Source of the DNA: an uncultured Methanoregulaceae archaeon
Lineage (GTDB): Archaea; Halobacteriota; Methanomicrobia; Methanomicrobiales; Methanospirillaceae
NCBI GenBank assembly: GCA_963717525.1
Contig: OY970343.1
Location: 992,001 to 1,056,000 of the forward strand
Length of the DNA: 64,000 bases
Direction: 5' to 3'
The position numbers were made by a program, and so were the translations under genes. Of the stretch, positions 10,671-21,952 are shown piece after piece. Below the pieces are notes generated by a model. The model was not told where the DNA came from. It searched no databases and saw only the letters and a program-made list of their open reading frames with translations. Numbering within the stretch: the stretch's first letter is position 1; each line of letters starts with the position of its first letter.

Positions 10671-11246
10671 ATGCTCCTCTTCCTCGACACCGAAACCACC
10701 GGTCTCCCCAAATCCGCAACTGACCCCGTAGAAAAATGGCCGCGGATCGTCCAGCTGGCGTGGTCCTTATACGACAATGACGGGACCTGTGAAAGCCGGA
10801 ACAGTTTTATTATTTACCCGACGGACTTTTCCATTCCCATTGACTCTGCAAGGATTCACGGGATCACGACCGAGCGGGCAAAAGCAGAGGGCGTGTCGCT
10901 CTATAAGGTGCTCCCGCAGTTCAATGCCGATGTGGAAAAAGCGGAAACGGTCGTTGCCCACAATCTCGATTTTGACCTGCCGATTGTCACGACCGAATTT
11001 TTGCGATGCAGCCTTGAGACAGGTCTTGCAGAAAAACAAAAATTCTGCACCATGAAAACCCCGCAGGTTGTCTCCTGGTGCAAACTTCCTTCAAAGTCCG
11101 GTCGGGGATACAAGTGGCCGACCTTAAACGAATTACATCTCCGGTTATTCGAAACAGAATTTGTGGACTGCCATGATGCCGGCGATGATGTGGAAGCCTG
11201 TGTGAGATGTTATTTTGAGTTACAAAAGCGGGGGATTATCGGATAA
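10671..11246 (+). CDS. DEDDh 3'-5' exonuclease (DnaQ-like)
   Basis: FLDTETTGL, IHGIT, VAHNLDFD, HDAGDDV. Confidence 0.9.
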   Translation: MLLFLDTETTGLPKSATDPVEKWPRIVQLAWSLYDNDGTCESRNSFIIYPTDFSIPIDSARIHGITTERAKAEGVSLYKVLPQFNADVEKAETVVAHNLDFDLPIVTTEFLRCSLETGLAEKQKFCTMKTPQVVSWCKLPSKSGRGYKWPTLNELHLRLFETEFVDCHDAGDDVEACVRCYFELQKRGIIG

Positions 11247-11293
11247 GAGTATCCTAAAAAAAAGAAATTGTGAATGTGCACTCTTTATGATCC

Positions 11294-11701
11294 TTAAATA
11301 ATCTCTTCAATCTTCCGGATAAGGTGTTCTGCATGACCGACCGCCGATTCCGCTTCGGTTTCTGAAATTGATCCTGCCGTATCATAGACCGAACTGTGCC
11401 GCTTGCGTCGCATCCGGTCAAAGATAATCGCATCATGCGGCTCAACAAACAGTTCGACAAATTTTACAACCGCGATATGCTGGCTGGCTCCATCCGGCCG
11501 GTAGCCTTTCGCAAACATCAGCGCCCGGCCTGCCTGGAGTACCGCGTTATACGCGATAGTATATGCCCAGTCCCGATCCGTTGGAAGGATCGTACGTGAG
11601 GTACGGAGGTCCCGGTACGCAAGCGCCAGGGAATCATCGACTTTTTTCTTATCGTAAGGGAGTCGCTTGATCAGTCCTTCCCGTTCGAGATCCTCAATCA
11701 T
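11294..11701 (-). CDS. HEPN domain toxin
   Basis: AY.A..QA.RAL...GYRP...H and RRKRH.S.YD (Rx4-6H); overlaps the MNT gene. Confidence 0.85.
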   Translation of the reverse strand: MIEDLEREGLIKRLPYDKKKVDDSLALAYRDLRTSRTILPTDRDWAYTIAYNAVLQAGRALMFAKGYRPDGASQHIAVVKFVELFVEPHDAIIFDRMRRKRHSSVYDTAGSISETEAESAVGHAEHLIRKIEEII

Positions 11702-12257
11702 CGCAGGTACCGCTGATTACGATCTTCTCTTCTTTCATTACATTCTTTACGAAAGGATCGTGCTGTTTCTTTTTCTGTGCAAATTCCGCAAGCGTCATGA
11801 GCGTGTAGTTGATCTCACGGCCGGTCTCCTGTTCACACGAATGGATGATCGGAATAAGCCGGTCCTCATCGATTGCTCCCACGATAAAGAGGTCGATGTC
11901 GCTTTTTGCCCCGGCAGACCCGCGGGCAAACGATCCGTAGATAAACATGCACGAGATCTTTTCATCGGCAAGGGCACGCTTCAGGATGCCGGAAATTCCT
12001 TCGGTTTTTAATACAATCTTCTGGAGCTCGGCAAAAAGGAAATGGCCGGTGTTCACCGTGTAATACTGCTGGTTTCCTTTCTTTTGCCCGACAAGAAGAC
12101 CAAAGGATTCAAGGTTGCTGAGTTCCCGGCGTACTGCATTGATATTCTCACCGGTTGTCCGGACAATCTCGCGGATATAGAACTCGCTCCCCGGATTGAG
12201 CAGGAAGAGCGTAAGGAGCTTCACCCGGGTCTTTGAAGAGATAAGCGCTTCCAGCAT
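11694..12257 (-). CDS. wHTH + minimal nucleotidyltransferase (MNT) antitoxin
   Basis: N-terminal HTH (FYIREI.R...NAVRREL); YGSFARG...SDIDLFIVG. Confidence 0.88.
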   Translation of the reverse strand: MLEALISSKTRVKLLTLFLLNPGSEFYIREIVRTTGENINAVRRELSNLESFGLLVGQKKGNQQYYTVNTGHFLFAELQKIVLKTEGISGILKRALADEKISCMFIYGSFARGSAGAKSDIDLFIVGAIDEDRLIPIIHSCEQETGREINYTLMTLAEFAQKKKQHDPFVKNVMKEEKIVISGTCDD

Positions 12258-12332
12258 GAATACATAATGTATTCAATTGAGTAAAAAATGTATTCATTGT
12301 CCGGGCCGCGTAAAAATTAAAAAAAAAAGTTC

Positions 12333-13199
12333 TCACGGTCTGCCGGTCGCTGCCTCCGGACACACTTTCGCAAACTTGCAGCTCATACACTCCCTCTGCG
12401 AAGGCCTCGCAGGAAAATCCGGGAACTCATAACTCGCGTTCATCGTCGAAAACTCCCGTGTTATCATCTCCTGAATTTCGCATAAGCGCTCGACAAAAAA
12501 AGGATATGTCTTTGTCTCCTCGGTCTTCAAAAAGACGAGTTCGCTCTTGATCATATCGGGGCCCAGCTTATAGTACTGCATCGCCCAGAGCACGTAGGCC
12601 GCCATCTGGAGCTCGGTCTCGTACTCGTTGTCGTCCCTGCCGGTCTTCCAGTCAGAAAGGACGATTGTACCATTGGGAAGTCGGCTTGCAAAATCCACCT
12701 TGACCGTTACTTCTACATCGCCGATCCGGAACCGGTCGAACTCTTCATGCCGCAGGCATTCCCGGTTCGCGTATTCAGGCCAGACCATGCCAAAGAATGT
12801 GTCCAGACAGGTTTTCCCGCTCTCTTCCATCCCCTCAAAGAACGATCCGCCGAACTGCTCACCGTTCCGGTATTCAGTCAGGAGTTCGGTTGCCATGTCC
12901 TTATACCGGGCGACTTTTCGCAGGTAGGTACTCATGGCCTCGGCCGGATTCATCGGTTTATTCTCGCAATGGAGCTGGATCTGCTGGTCGATGATATCGT
13001 GGATGAGCTGCCCTTGGACGACAAACTTGGAATCAAAATTCTTGAAATACCGTATTTTTTCGGGATCAACAATCGCCCCGCTCTTCACGTACGGTGCGAT
13101 GTACTCGTAATAGTACTGCCGCTGGCACCGGTTCCAGACCCGGTGTTTGGTAAACGACCACGTATTGATCGTGAAGAAAAAGGGATCCAGCTCAGGCAC
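12333..13199 (-). CDS. PD-(D/E)XK nuclease, RecB/AddB/Cas4-like with Fe-S Cys set
   Basis: WSF...C.RQYYY; G..IH; VDF...DWKTG; QMAAY; CMSCKFAKVC. Confidence 0.82.
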   Translation of the reverse strand: MPELDPFFFTINTWSFTKHRVWNRCQRQYYYEYIAPYVKSGAIVDPEKIRYFKNFDSKFVVQGQLIHDIIDQQIQLHCENKPMNPAEAMSTYLRKVARYKDMATELLTEYRNGEQFGGSFFEGMEESGKTCLDTFFGMVWPEYANRECLRHEEFDRFRIGDVEVTVKVDFASRLPNGTIVLSDWKTGRDDNEYETELQMAAYVLWAMQYYKLGPDMIKSELVFLKTEETKTYPFFVERLCEIQEMITREFSTMNASYEFPDFPARPSQRECMSCKFAKVCPEAATGRP

Positions 13200-13370
13200 A
13201 GGGTTCTGTTGGGAGCGGTAAGGAAATAATTTTGCATTTCTTTTTTGGAGTGATATTGGAGGTCATCCAGAAGCCGGTGATACGGATCCATTTCACCACT
13301 AGTGGGTGGGGGGTGGCCCCCCTCGGAAAAAAGATGAGGGAGGGGGTACCCCTACCCTCCCGACCCCCGG

Positions 13371-14228
13371 TTACTCCTCCTCCAGCACTTCCTCGAGACG
13401 ATCTGCTGTTAAGTCAGCGTGGATGGTCCTGGCTATGAATGGCAGAGCGGCTGCCGGGGGAAGCCCAAGTTCGGCGAGAACCCAGCCAGCGAGAGCCTGC
13501 GGGTCCGGGGTCTCAGGGTATTCTGACGCTGCTTTCCTGACTGCGGCGTGAACGCGCCGGATATAGTTGATGCAATCTTCAAAACGCCAGTATGCCACTT
13601 CTCCACCAGGCAGGTCGTGTGAAGGGAGGTAGTGCATGAGACCCTGAATTTTCTCCAGCCTCCGGATCGACCGTACCAATGCTACCGGGTCTGTGTAGAT
13701 GGGTGCGCGCCCGGGTACCTGGACCGTGTCGCCCGTGAAAAGGGCCATTTCCTCCCGGAGGAGGAGGGAGATGGACCCGGGTGAGTGTCCGGGTGTATGA
13801 AGCACCTCAACAGTGAGTCCTTTTCCAAGGCTGATGGTATCCTTATCCTGAAGGAGACGCCCAACCGGAACCGGCCCGCCAACCATGGGCGGGACACCGG
13901 GTGCCGGGCTTTTCAGCAGCATATGGCTGATGTTCTCGATCGCTGGGGCATCCAGCGGGTGAGCGGCAACCCGGCAACCGGTCAGGTCACGGATTGCCTT
14001 TGCGGCCCCGATATGGTCAGGATGCGAATGGGTCAGGATGATCAGTTCAATTTCGGAAAGTTCCCGTCCGCTCGAGCGAATATCTTCATAGATAAGTTTC
14101 TCAGACCCGTTGAACCCGGTATCGATCACGGTGATGCCGTTACCGTACACAAGGTAAACATTAACAAACCGGCCCGGCGCTGGCCCCAGCGGGGTTTCGA
14201 TAGCATGGATGTGTGGTGTAATCTCCAT
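13371..14228 (-). CDS. MBL-fold metallo-hydrolase
   Basis: IDTG, THSHPDHIG, HTPGHSPGS, FTGD. Confidence 0.9.
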   Translation of the reverse strand: MEITPHIHAIETPLGPAPGRFVNVYLVYGNGITVIDTGFNGSEKLIYEDIRSSGRELSEIELIILTHSHPDHIGAAKAIRDLTGCRVAAHPLDAPAIENISHMLLKSPAPGVPPMVGGPVPVGRLLQDKDTISLGKGLTVEVLHTPGHSPGSISLLLREEMALFTGDTVQVPGRAPIYTDPVALVRSIRRLEKIQGLMHYLPSHDLPGGEVAYWRFEDCINYIRRVHAAVRKAASEYPETPDPQALAGWVLAELGLPPAAALPFIARTIHADLTADRLEEVLEEE

Positions 14229-14434
14229 TCAAGCACCTATATCGATCTCAACCAATCACCTTTAAAAAATAAACCGGGGGATACAGCACCGGGTGCCAGG
14301 CACAGGAACTCCGGATCACCTCTCCCCTCACCCCCGACCCAACCGCACGGTCAGGTGCGGACAGGTGCCTGTACCCTGCACACAAAAAGCGGTTATATCA
14401 TAACAGAAAACAAACACGTAATGAAGGAAATCCC

Positions 14435-14608
14435 ATGAGCGCCGCTGAACAGTATATCACCGATGAGAAAGGGAACAAGATCGCCGTCATTCTCCCGCTC
14501 ACCGAGTACCAGCACCTCAAAGAAGATCTCCACGATCTTGCGATGGTAGCAGAACGGCGGGACGAAGGTATCATAAGCCTTGTCGAATTAAAAAAGCGGG
14601 TGATGTGA
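14435..14608 (+). CDS. RelB-like antitoxin (57 aa, not in ORF track)
   Basis: Own translation MSAAEQYITDEKGNKIAVILPLTEYQHLKEDLHDLAMVAERRDE..., directly upstream of RelE. Confidence 0.8.
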   Translation: MSAAEQYITDEKGNKIAVILPLTEYQHLKEDLHDLAMVAERRDEGIISLVELKKRVM

Positions 14609-14619
14609 GCGGAACCCCG

Positions 14620-14886
14620 ATGAGTTCCTACACGCTCTCTTTTAAAAACAGCGTGGAGAAAGATTGCCGGAAAATTCCAAAAGACCTGCTCCTGAATATT
14701 TTTGAGCATGTGGAAAATCTTTCAGTAAATCCCCTCCCGCACGATGCGATCAAACTGGCCGGTGCGGAATCGCTGTACCGGATCCGGGTGGGAGAGTACC
14801 GGATCATTTACCTGGTGCTGCACGAATCCTGCGAAGTGATCGTGTATTATATCCGGCACCGGAGCGTTGCATACCGGGGCATGTAA
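14620..14886 (+). CDS. relE: RelE/ParE family toxin
   Basis: L..NP.P....KL.G....YRIRVGEYRIIY...I.HR..AY. Confidence 0.9.
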   Translation: MSSYTLSFKNSVEKDCRKIPKDLLLNIFEHVENLSVNPLPHDAIKLAGAESLYRIRVGEYRIIYLVLHESCEVIVYYIRHRSVAYRGM

Positions 14887-14951
14887 CTCTCCCGTTTCCT
14901 ATCGGTACCCACGGAAAGAGAATAACCCGTTTCAACCCCAAAACTGGTCCT

Positions 14952-15290
14952 GGATTGCCCCTTCCCCACCCCCAAAATACGCCCTATACGGCCCCGGATT
15001 CTCCATTTCCCCGCCCGGAAAACCCCGTAAAATGCCCGGATTCGGGGGCCATCCGGAAGTCGGTTATACGGGGACATTTTGCAAAAATACAGCGTATTTA
15101 CCCCCTGATTCCGATCCCCAAAATGGCCGTTTTTTTCATTTCCGGCATACTTTGGCCTGATCGAAGTGAGATCGGCCACCGGAAGGCCATAGCGGCCGTT
15201 TCTCAAGGGGGTCGGAATCCGGCGGTTTTCAGGGCGTATTCTGGCGGGAAAACCGTGATTTGAGGAGGGTTTCTTACGACGAAAAGAGAG
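14952..15290 (+). repeat. ~340-bp dispersed non-coding element, copy 2
   Basis: Colinear with copies 1 and 3; a long block is essentially identical to copy 3. Confidence 0.9.
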
Positions 15291-15311
15291 AATATGGGAA
15301 GTCCTATCGTC

Positions 15312-15656
15312 TCACGATATCCGGTGCCTTTTTACGGGATCTGCGGGCGCCTTACCGGAAAAACTGATCTTTTTCAGGATCGTCTCTCGTTTGATCCGTG
15401 CCTCCGTATGGTTTGGGTCGATCTCGATGAGCTTGTCAAATTTCCTCACTGCCTCATCGTACCGTTCCAGCTCATCAAGACAGTTTCCCATCGCGTTCAA
15501 TGCCTCGCAGAACCGGGGAGCGATTACTATTGCCCGCTGGAAGTCATTCAGCGCTTCTTCTTTTCTCCCTAGCATCGAAAGGTACAGCGCATGGTGATAC
15601 ATATACTGCGCCTCAAGCGGAATTCCGCCGTTTTTAATAATCTGCGTCATGTTCAT
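15312..15656 (-). CDS. Small TPR protein
   Basis: EEALNDFQRAIVIAPRFCEALNAMGNCLDELERYDEAVRKFDKLIEIDPN. Confidence 0.8.
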   Translation of the reverse strand: MNMTQIIKNGGIPLEAQYMYHHALYLSMLGRKEEALNDFQRAIVIAPRFCEALNAMGNCLDELERYDEAVRKFDKLIEIDPNHTEARIKRETILKKISFSGKAPADPVKRHRIS

Positions 15657-15809
15657 CTCCCCAATGCCTTGGCATAGCCAGCAGCGACGCACGTGCCCTG
15701 ATTGCAGGCAACGCGGTATCCTCGGTAATGCGGGTTTTGCAGATGCAACAGAACCCAAAAAGAGGATTATGGGCCTGCCGGTATTCGTCAGGACCAGGCA
15801 TACGAGACC

Positions 15810-17912
15810 TTACACCCCCATGAGCATGAGCAGCATATCGATAATTTTTATCCCGATGAACGGTGCGATGAGCCCGCCAACCCCGTAGATGAGAATGTTG
15901 TTCCGCAGGGATTCTTCAGCCGACATGGCCCGGTACTTCACGCCATGAAGGGCAAGCGGGATGAGAATGACGATAATGATCGCGTTGAAGATGACTGCAG
16001 ACAGGATGCCATTGTGGAGCCTGAGGATGTTCATTGCCCCAAGAGCCGGGTAGGTTGAGGCAAACGCAACCGGGATGATGGCGAAATATTTCGCGATATC
16101 GTTTGCTATCGAGAACGTGGTCAGCGCCCCCCGGGTCATAAGGAGCTGCTTTCCGATCTCGACAATATCGATCAGTTTTGTCGGGTTGGAATCGAGATCA
16201 ACCATGTTTGCCGCTTCGCGGGCCGGCTGCGTACCGGTGTTCATGGCAACCGCGACATCTGCCTGCGCAAGCGCCGGGGCGTCGTTCGTCCCGTCACCGG
16301 TCATGGCTACCATTCTGCCGCCGGTCTGGTATTCACGGATCAGCTTCAGTTTGCTTTCGGGAGTTGCTTCCGCAAGGAAATCATCGACACCGGCTTCTGC
16401 GGCAATAGTTGCTGCAGTGAGATGGTTGTCTCCCGTGATCATCACCGTTTTGATCCCCATCTTCCGCAGCTGGGCAAACCGTTCCTTTATTCCGCCTTTC
16501 ACAATATCTTTTAAGTGGATAACACCGAGGGCTTTCCCGTTTTTTGCAACAACGAGCGGTGTCCCCCCGGCCCGTGAGATCATATCCACAACCAGTTTCA
16601 GGTTTTCTGATACTATTTCGCCGCTCGTCTCGATGTATCTGTACATCGCATCAGCTGCACCCTTCCGGACACGGATATCGCCGTAATCGACGCCACTCAT
16701 CCGGGTCTGGCTGGTAAATGGGATGAACACCATTTCGGGACCGGATTCCGTTTCTCCCACGGTCCTTCCCCGGAGGTCGTACTTCTCTTTGGCGAGGACC
16801 ACGATACTGCGGCCTTCGGGCGTTTCATCGGCAAGAGAAGCAAGCTGGGCATTTTCCGCAAGATCGGCAACATCCATTCCGTCAACCGGTATGAATTCCA
16901 CGGCCTGCCGGTTCCCGAGCGTGATGGTTCCGGTCTTATCCAGCAGGAGGACATCGACATCCCCCGCAGCCTCGATGGCTCTCCCGGACGTTGTAATCAC
17001 GTTCCTGCGGATCAGCCGGTCCATGCCCGCAATGCCGATTGCAGAGAGGAGCCCGCCAATCGTGGTCGGTGCGAGGCAGACAAAGAGGGCGACAAGAACC
17101 GTGATAGTGACCGTAGTCCCGGCCCCGGCTGACTGGACACTGTACGCCGAGAATGCATAGAGGGTCGCGGATACGACAACAAAGATGGCGGTCAGCCCGA
17201 CAAGGAGGATATTGAGCGCGATCTCGTTGGGGGTCTTCTGCCGTTTGGCACCTTCGATAAGGCAGATCATGCGATCGAGGAAGCCTTCTCCGGGGTCCGC
17301 ACTCACCCTGACAACCAGCCAGTCCGAGAGTATCGCGGTGCCTCCCGTGACTGCACTGCGATCACCGCCGGATTCACGGATAACCGGTGCACTTTCGCCG
17401 GTGATCGCGCTCTCGTTGATGGATGCGATGCCTTCAATCACTTCACCATCCACCGGGATCGTGTCACCGGCTTTGACGTAGAAGACATCACTTTTGTGCA
17501 GGGTGGACGAGGAAACGACCGAATAATCCGAAGGCCCCGGCTCTTTTCCCTTCTCGACACTGTACCCGGGATTCAGTTTCTTTCCCGCGGTATCCTGCCG
17601 CATCTTGCGCAGGGCTTCGGCCTGTGCCTTGCCCCTGCCTTCCGCGAGTGCTTCGGCAAAGTTTGCAAAGAGGACCGTGAACCAGAGCCAGATTGAAACG
17701 GCGCCGATGAACCCTGCCGGTGCTTCTCCGTGCCCCAGGAGCGCCTGGATCCAGAGCAGGGTGGTGAGCACACTGCCGATCTCAACGGTAAACATCACCA
17801 CGTTGTGGTACAGCGTCCTGGGGTCGAGTTTGATGAACGAATCGATAATTGCGCGCCTGTAGAGTGCGTACTGGTCCGCTGCCGGGACTTTCGGGCCGGA
17901 ATGTTCAGACAT
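15810..17912 (-). CDS. kdpB: K+-transporting P-type ATPase subunit B
   Basis: [38 protein letters not shown]. Confidence 0.97.
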   Translation of the reverse strand: MSEHSGPKVPAADQYALYRRAIIDSFIKLDPRTLYHNVVMFTVEIGSVLTTLLWIQALLGHGEAPAGFIGAVSIWLWFTVLFANFAEALAEGRGKAQAEALRKMRQDTAGKKLNPGYSVEKGKEPGPSDYSVVSSSTLHKSDVFYVKAGDTIPVDGEVIEGIASINESAITGESAPVIRESGGDRSAVTGGTAILSDWLVVRVSADPGEGFLDRMICLIEGAKRQKTPNEIALNILLVGLTAIFVVVSATLYAFSAYSVQSAGAGTTVTITVLVALFVCLAPTTIGGLLSAIGIAGMDRLIRRNVITTSGRAIEAAGDVDVLLLDKTGTITLGNRQAVEFIPVDGMDVADLAENAQLASLADETPEGRSIVVLAKEKYDLRGRTVGETESGPEMVFIPFTSQTRMSGVDYGDIRVRKGAADAMYRYIETSGEIVSENLKLVVDMISRAGGTPLVVAKNGKALGVIHLKDIVKGGIKERFAQLRKMGIKTVMITGDNHLTAATIAAEAGVDDFLAEATPESKLKLIREYQTGGRMVAMTGDGTNDAPALAQADVAVAMNTGTQPAREAANMVDLDSNPTKLIDIVEIGKQLLMTRGALTTFSIANDIAKYFAIIPVAFASTYPALGAMNILRLHNGILSAVIFNAIIIVILIPLALHGVKYRAMSAEESLRNNILIYGVGGLIAPFIGIKIIDMLLMLMGV

Positions 17913-20343
17913 GGATAACACCCCTTCCAACCTGGATCAGGAATTCAACGACGGGGCCCAGGGAGAGCGCGGGCAGGAAGCTGAGCGCCCCGATGATGAG
18001 GATGGTAAAAACCACCCAGATGATAAAGAGCGGCCGGTGGTCCTGGAGCGTCCCTTCGCTCGCCGGCACGATCTTCTTTGTCACGAATGCCCCGGCCAGT
18101 GCGAGCGTGATAATAGCGATGGCATAGCGCCCGACAAACATGCAGACTGTTGTTGCGAGGTTGTAGAACAGGTTCGATGACAACCCGGCAAAGGCACTGC
18201 CATTGTTCTGGGAGACCGAGGAAAACGCGTACAGGATCTCGGAGAAACCATGCGGCCCCGGGTTGAAGACCGCAGCTGTTCCCGGGGCGATCGAAACCGC
18301 GATCGCGGTCCCGATCAAAATCAAAAAGATCGGAATGAGGATGTGGATTGTGGAGAGTTTCATTTCGTACGGCTCGATCTTCTTTCCGTACAATTCAGGG
18401 GTCCTCCCTACCATCAGCCCGGCAATAAACATCGCGATGATTATGAACACGAGCATGCAGTACAGGCCAGAGCCGACACCGCCGTAGACGATCTCGCCTA
18501 ACTGGATGTCGAATATCTGGACAAGACCGCCGAGCGGCATAAACGAGTCGTGCATCGAATTAACCGCACCACAGCTGGTAACGGTGGTGATGACCGAGAA
18601 GGCCGCCGACGGGACGATGCCAAAGCGTACCTCCTTTCCCTCCATGTTGCCCCCGGCCTGGAGATGGGATGGTGCCTGGTCGATCCCGAGGGGGGTAAAG
18701 GCCGGGTTGCCCCCCATTTCCGACCAGATGCCAAGGCCAAGGAGCGGCACAAAGAGCAGGGTCATCGCGACAAGGATGGCCAGCCCCTTTTTAACTGATC
18801 CGATCATCTTCCCGAACATGAAGCACAGGGATACCGGTATCAGGAGAATGGCTATTATCTCGATAAGATTCGACAACCACGTCGGGTTTTCATAGGGATG
18901 CGCCGAGTTGGCATTAAAGAACCCGCCCCCGTTTGTCCCCAGCATTTTTATGGCAATCTGCGAAGCCGCGGGGCCAAGGGAGATCGACTGCGTCGTAACG
19001 AGGTTGCCATTCGAGTCGTTTGTCGGGTTGAGGAGAGGCACGGTTACCGGCCCGCCAAATGTCTGGGGAGTTCCCTGCGAGACAAGGACAAGCGCTATGA
19101 CAAAACTTATCGGGAGAAGGATCCAAATGCCGCGGACAAGCAGTACCCAGAAGTTACCGATGGTGAGGGTTGATCTGCGCGAGAAACCGTAAATGAACGC
19201 TACCAGCACTGCCATACCCACCGCTGCGGACATAAAGTTCTGCACGGCGAGCCCCACCATCTGCGTCAGGTAGCTGACGGTGGTTTCCGGGACGTAGAAC
19301 TGCCAGTTGGTGTTCGTGGCAAAACTGACCGCGGTATTAAGCGAGAGGTCCCAGGGGACCGGGCCGGCTCCCACCGGATTGAGCGGGAGGAACTGCTGGA
19401 TCTCCTGGATGAAGAAGACAAACGCGATCCCGATGACGGAAAAGATCATCATCGCGGCGGCAAACTGCTTCCAGTCCATCTCCTCCTCGCTCCCGGCACC
19501 GCACGTCCGGAGGATCCACCCTTCCACCGGCATGATGACCGGTGACAGGAACGTCTGTTTGCCGGTGTAAACCCGGAACATGAACTCCCCCATGGGAACG
19601 AGGAGAAGTGCGAGGATAACTCCGAGCAGGATAAGGAAGACCCAGTCATTGACGGTTATCCCGAACAGGGTGTTCGCGGGCTGGCTCCTGGGCATTGCTG
19701 CCGGATTAACCGGGATCTTATGGGCACTCAGGTCATCGAGTGCCAGGTTCAGGGAGAGGACATTTACTGCAGGTTCGCCAAAGATCCCAAGCACCGGGTT
19801 TGCGGTATTGGCCGCGACCAGTGCAGAAACATCGTTTTCGGAGAGGTTCCGCACCCGTGCAATCCGTGGGACCTGGTAATAGGCGGCAGCCGGACTGATA
19901 TCCGGATCAAGACCGCTCCCTGAAGAGGTCACAAGATCAACAGGGATTGGCTGCGTATTGTCCGGGTCGACTGCGTGGAGGGCATCTGTCCGGGTCTGGA
20001 CCTCAGTAATGAGAGCCGGGTTCTGTGGGCCGTAATTTGAACCGCCGGAAGCTTCGGCATCGTAGGGCACCGGCGATGTTGCAGAGAGCCGGCCCCAGAA
20101 ATAATCCGGGGATGAAAAGGGCTGGCCTATGAGAGAAGATCCCGCAACATTTCCATCATGAACGATAAGATCCCCGTTTGCCTGTACGGGGAAGATCACC
20201 TGGGCAATACCTGTTACAACCAGGGGGTAAACAATGCCCACGAGAATCGTGAGTAAAAGAAACATCACTACGGCTGGTTTGATCTGTTTTTTGATCATCG
20301 ACCAAAGAGCTGACGACGCCCCAATGGAATCCACCTTCATCAT
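17905..20343 (-). CDS. kdpA: Fused KdpC-KdpA potassium-transporting ATPase subunit (start may be 20298)
   Basis: N-part is KdpC ([44 protein letters not shown]). C-part is KdpA ([42 protein letters not shown]). One uninterrupted frame. Confidence 0.93.
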   Translation of the reverse strand: MMKVDSIGASSALWSMIKKQIKPAVVMFLLLTILVGIVYPLVVTGIAQVIFPVQANGDLIVHDGNVAGSSLIGQPFSSPDYFWGRLSATSPVPYDAEASGGSNYGPQNPALITEVQTRTDALHAVDPDNTQPIPVDLVTSSGSGLDPDISPAAAYYQVPRIARVRNLSENDVSALVAANTANPVLGIFGEPAVNVLSLNLALDDLSAHKIPVNPAAMPRSQPANTLFGITVNDWVFLILLGVILALLLVPMGEFMFRVYTGKQTFLSPVIMPVEGWILRTCGAGSEEEMDWKQFAAAMMIFSVIGIAFVFFIQEIQQFLPLNPVGAGPVPWDLSLNTAVSFATNTNWQFYVPETTVSYLTQMVGLAVQNFMSAAVGMAVLVAFIYGFSRRSTLTIGNFWVLLVRGIWILLPISFVIALVLVSQGTPQTFGGPVTVPLLNPTNDSNGNLVTTQSISLGPAASQIAIKMLGTNGGGFFNANSAHPYENPTWLSNLIEIIAILLIPVSLCFMFGKMIGSVKKGLAILVAMTLLFVPLLGLGIWSEMGGNPAFTPLGIDQAPSHLQAGGNMEGKEVRFGIVPSAAFSVITTVTSCGAVNSMHDSFMPLGGLVQIFDIQLGEIVYGGVGSGLYCMLVFIIIAMFIAGLMVGRTPELYGKKIEPYEMKLSTIHILIPIFLILIGTAIAVSIAPGTAAVFNPGPHGFSEILYAFSSVSQNNGSAFAGLSSNLFYNLATTVCMFVGRYAIAIITLALAGAFVTKKIVPASEGTLQDHRPLFIIWVVFTILIIGALSFLPALSLGPVVEFLIQVGRGVIHV

Positions 20344-20410
20344 GAGCTGCTTTTGAGGTTCTCGAAAGCATTCACATTAGCTGCGTGCCATTTGTTGTTA
20401 TAAAAGCCTT

Positions 20411-20423
20411 ATGGAAAGAATAT
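20411..20423. promoter_or_regulatory. Operator-like half-site in the kdp promoter region
   Basis: ATGGAAAGAATAT matches 12/13 the arm of the palindrome at 21838; lies between two TATA-like AT tracts upstream of kdpCA. Confidence 0.45.
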
Positions 20424-20678
20424 GCGACCTACCTAATATAATATTAACTACTCTGACGGAGAAAACAGAATCAATTCAGCACCTGGATTTTGTTTCAGCA
20501 CACCCACGCGCCGCGAAAGTCAGTGTCCGGCCCGGGGGGTACTGTCATGACATGCGAAAACACAAACTGACCCGCCTCAACCTCTCAAGGTGATTGTGTG
20601 CACTCCGGTAAAAGAGCCCGGAGATTCTGGTGGGTGAGAATAAAAGTTTCAAAGACGGTGAATTTCTGCCAGGCTGGT

Positions 20679-21641
20679 TCACGTGCAGGAGCACTTCTCA
20701 TCGATGGGTTCAACCGGCTCAAGGCGCTTCACTACTTTTACCATCACGGGAGATGATATCATCTGGACGACCGCATAAAAAGCCGAAGGTATAACGATAG
20801 CCCGGTTTAATTCCATCGTATCCATGGCAGCAGGAGCGATCCCGAACTCCTTAGTGCTGGCTATGAACAAGAGTGGGAGAAACGTCGCTTTTGTCTGTTT
20901 AAAGACAATCTTTGTCAGACAGGCAAGACCATAGCCGAAGAGATTAAGCGATAATTCCACAATAATGATCACGACAGCAAATTCTTTCAATGAGATGATG
21001 GACACAGCGTTGGATGATACAACCACAAACAGGAGCAGGATATAGCACAGAGCGGCAAAACCCGGCCATGCATCCCTGTTTTCCCGGACTTTTGCCGAGT
21101 AGTGGTTTAAGAGAAGACCAATAACCAGGGGAATTATGATAATTCCCACTAATTCAGCTTCCAGGTACACGGTTGGAACCTGCAATGTTATGCCGCCAAA
21201 CAACGTGAGCACGTTGGGCAGGACAAAGGGTGTAAGAACCATGGCAGTCACCAGCATCGTCATTCCCAGTGCTGTGTTGCCCCCCACAAGAGAGATCATA
21301 AGGGGAGCGGAGATATCAGCCGGGAGTGACCCCAGAAGTATTTGCCCGGTGTTTAAATCCGGCATGTGGGAGAAAAATATTTTTCCAAGCATTATCGAGA
21401 AAAGTGCCATAACCACGAATTGCAGGATTATGCTCCAGATAATAATGAGCGGATACCGGCTTGCCTGAATTAAATCCGTGACATTAATGGTCATGCTTAC
21501 AGAAAGGACCATCAGCGCCAGGACTGGTGTAACAATCCATCCTAACAGGGAACCTGGCCCCGGAAAAAGAAGGGAGAATGCCCCGATAACAAATACCAGG
21601 TAAACAAGGTGATCCGTGATCCAGGCCAGTATTTTTATCAT
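20679..21641 (-). CDS. Bile acid:Na+ symporter (BASS) family transporter
   Basis: Multi-TM protein; ILQFVVM, LP...SA......GGN.AL, LTPFVLP. Confidence 0.8.
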   Translation of the reverse strand: MIKILAWITDHLVYLVFVIGAFSLLFPGPGSLLGWIVTPVLALMVLSVSMTINVTDLIQASRYPLIIIWSIILQFVVMALFSIMLGKIFFSHMPDLNTGQILLGSLPADISAPLMISLVGGNTALGMTMLVTAMVLTPFVLPNVLTLFGGITLQVPTVYLEAELVGIIIIPLVIGLLLNHYSAKVRENRDAWPGFAALCYILLLFVVVSSNAVSIISLKEFAVVIIIVELSLNLFGYGLACLTKIVFKQTKATFLPLLFIASTKEFGIAPAAMDTMELNRAIVIPSAFYAVVQMISSPVMVKVVKRLEPVEPIDEKCSCT

Positions 21642-21828
21642 AGATTATTTTTCCTTGGATCCCGTCACGGGGCCCTGTTACGATCTTTGTTGTGCAGGAA
21701 CCGGTTTTGTCAGCATGGCTGATAAAGTTAGATCCTGATGCAATTGCAGCTCTGAACCTGAAGAGAATTCCGGCATATACCTGACGTGATCTCAATGCGT
21801 AGGGCACAAATACGTCGGAATAGAAATA

Positions 21829-21861
21829 TTTATAATACATGGAAGGAATATACTTTCCATG
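21829..21861 (+). promoter_or_regulatory. TATA box followed by a palindromic operator containing the NrpR consensus GGAA-N6-TTCC
   Basis: TTTATAA at 21829, then CATGGAAGGAATATACTTTCCATG (21838-21861) with GGAA-TATACT-TTCC at 21845-21858. Confidence 0.65.
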
Positions 21862-21952
21862 GTGACTCAGAGCGGGCGATCGTTCTCTCCCTCCTGAAAA
21901 GCCATTACCAACAGTTTCCATTGAAAATCTCTATCAAGGGAGATACATTAAG

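Noticed and set aside
14880..15290. Integron attC site
   Set aside because: The element is much longer than attC sites, I could not find paired RYYYAAC/GTTRRRY ends, no intI is present, and neighbouring genes are in mixed orientation.
20345..20678. c-di-AMP (ydaO) riboswitch upstream of kdp
   Set aside because: The characteristic conserved motifs are not recognisable on the minus strand.
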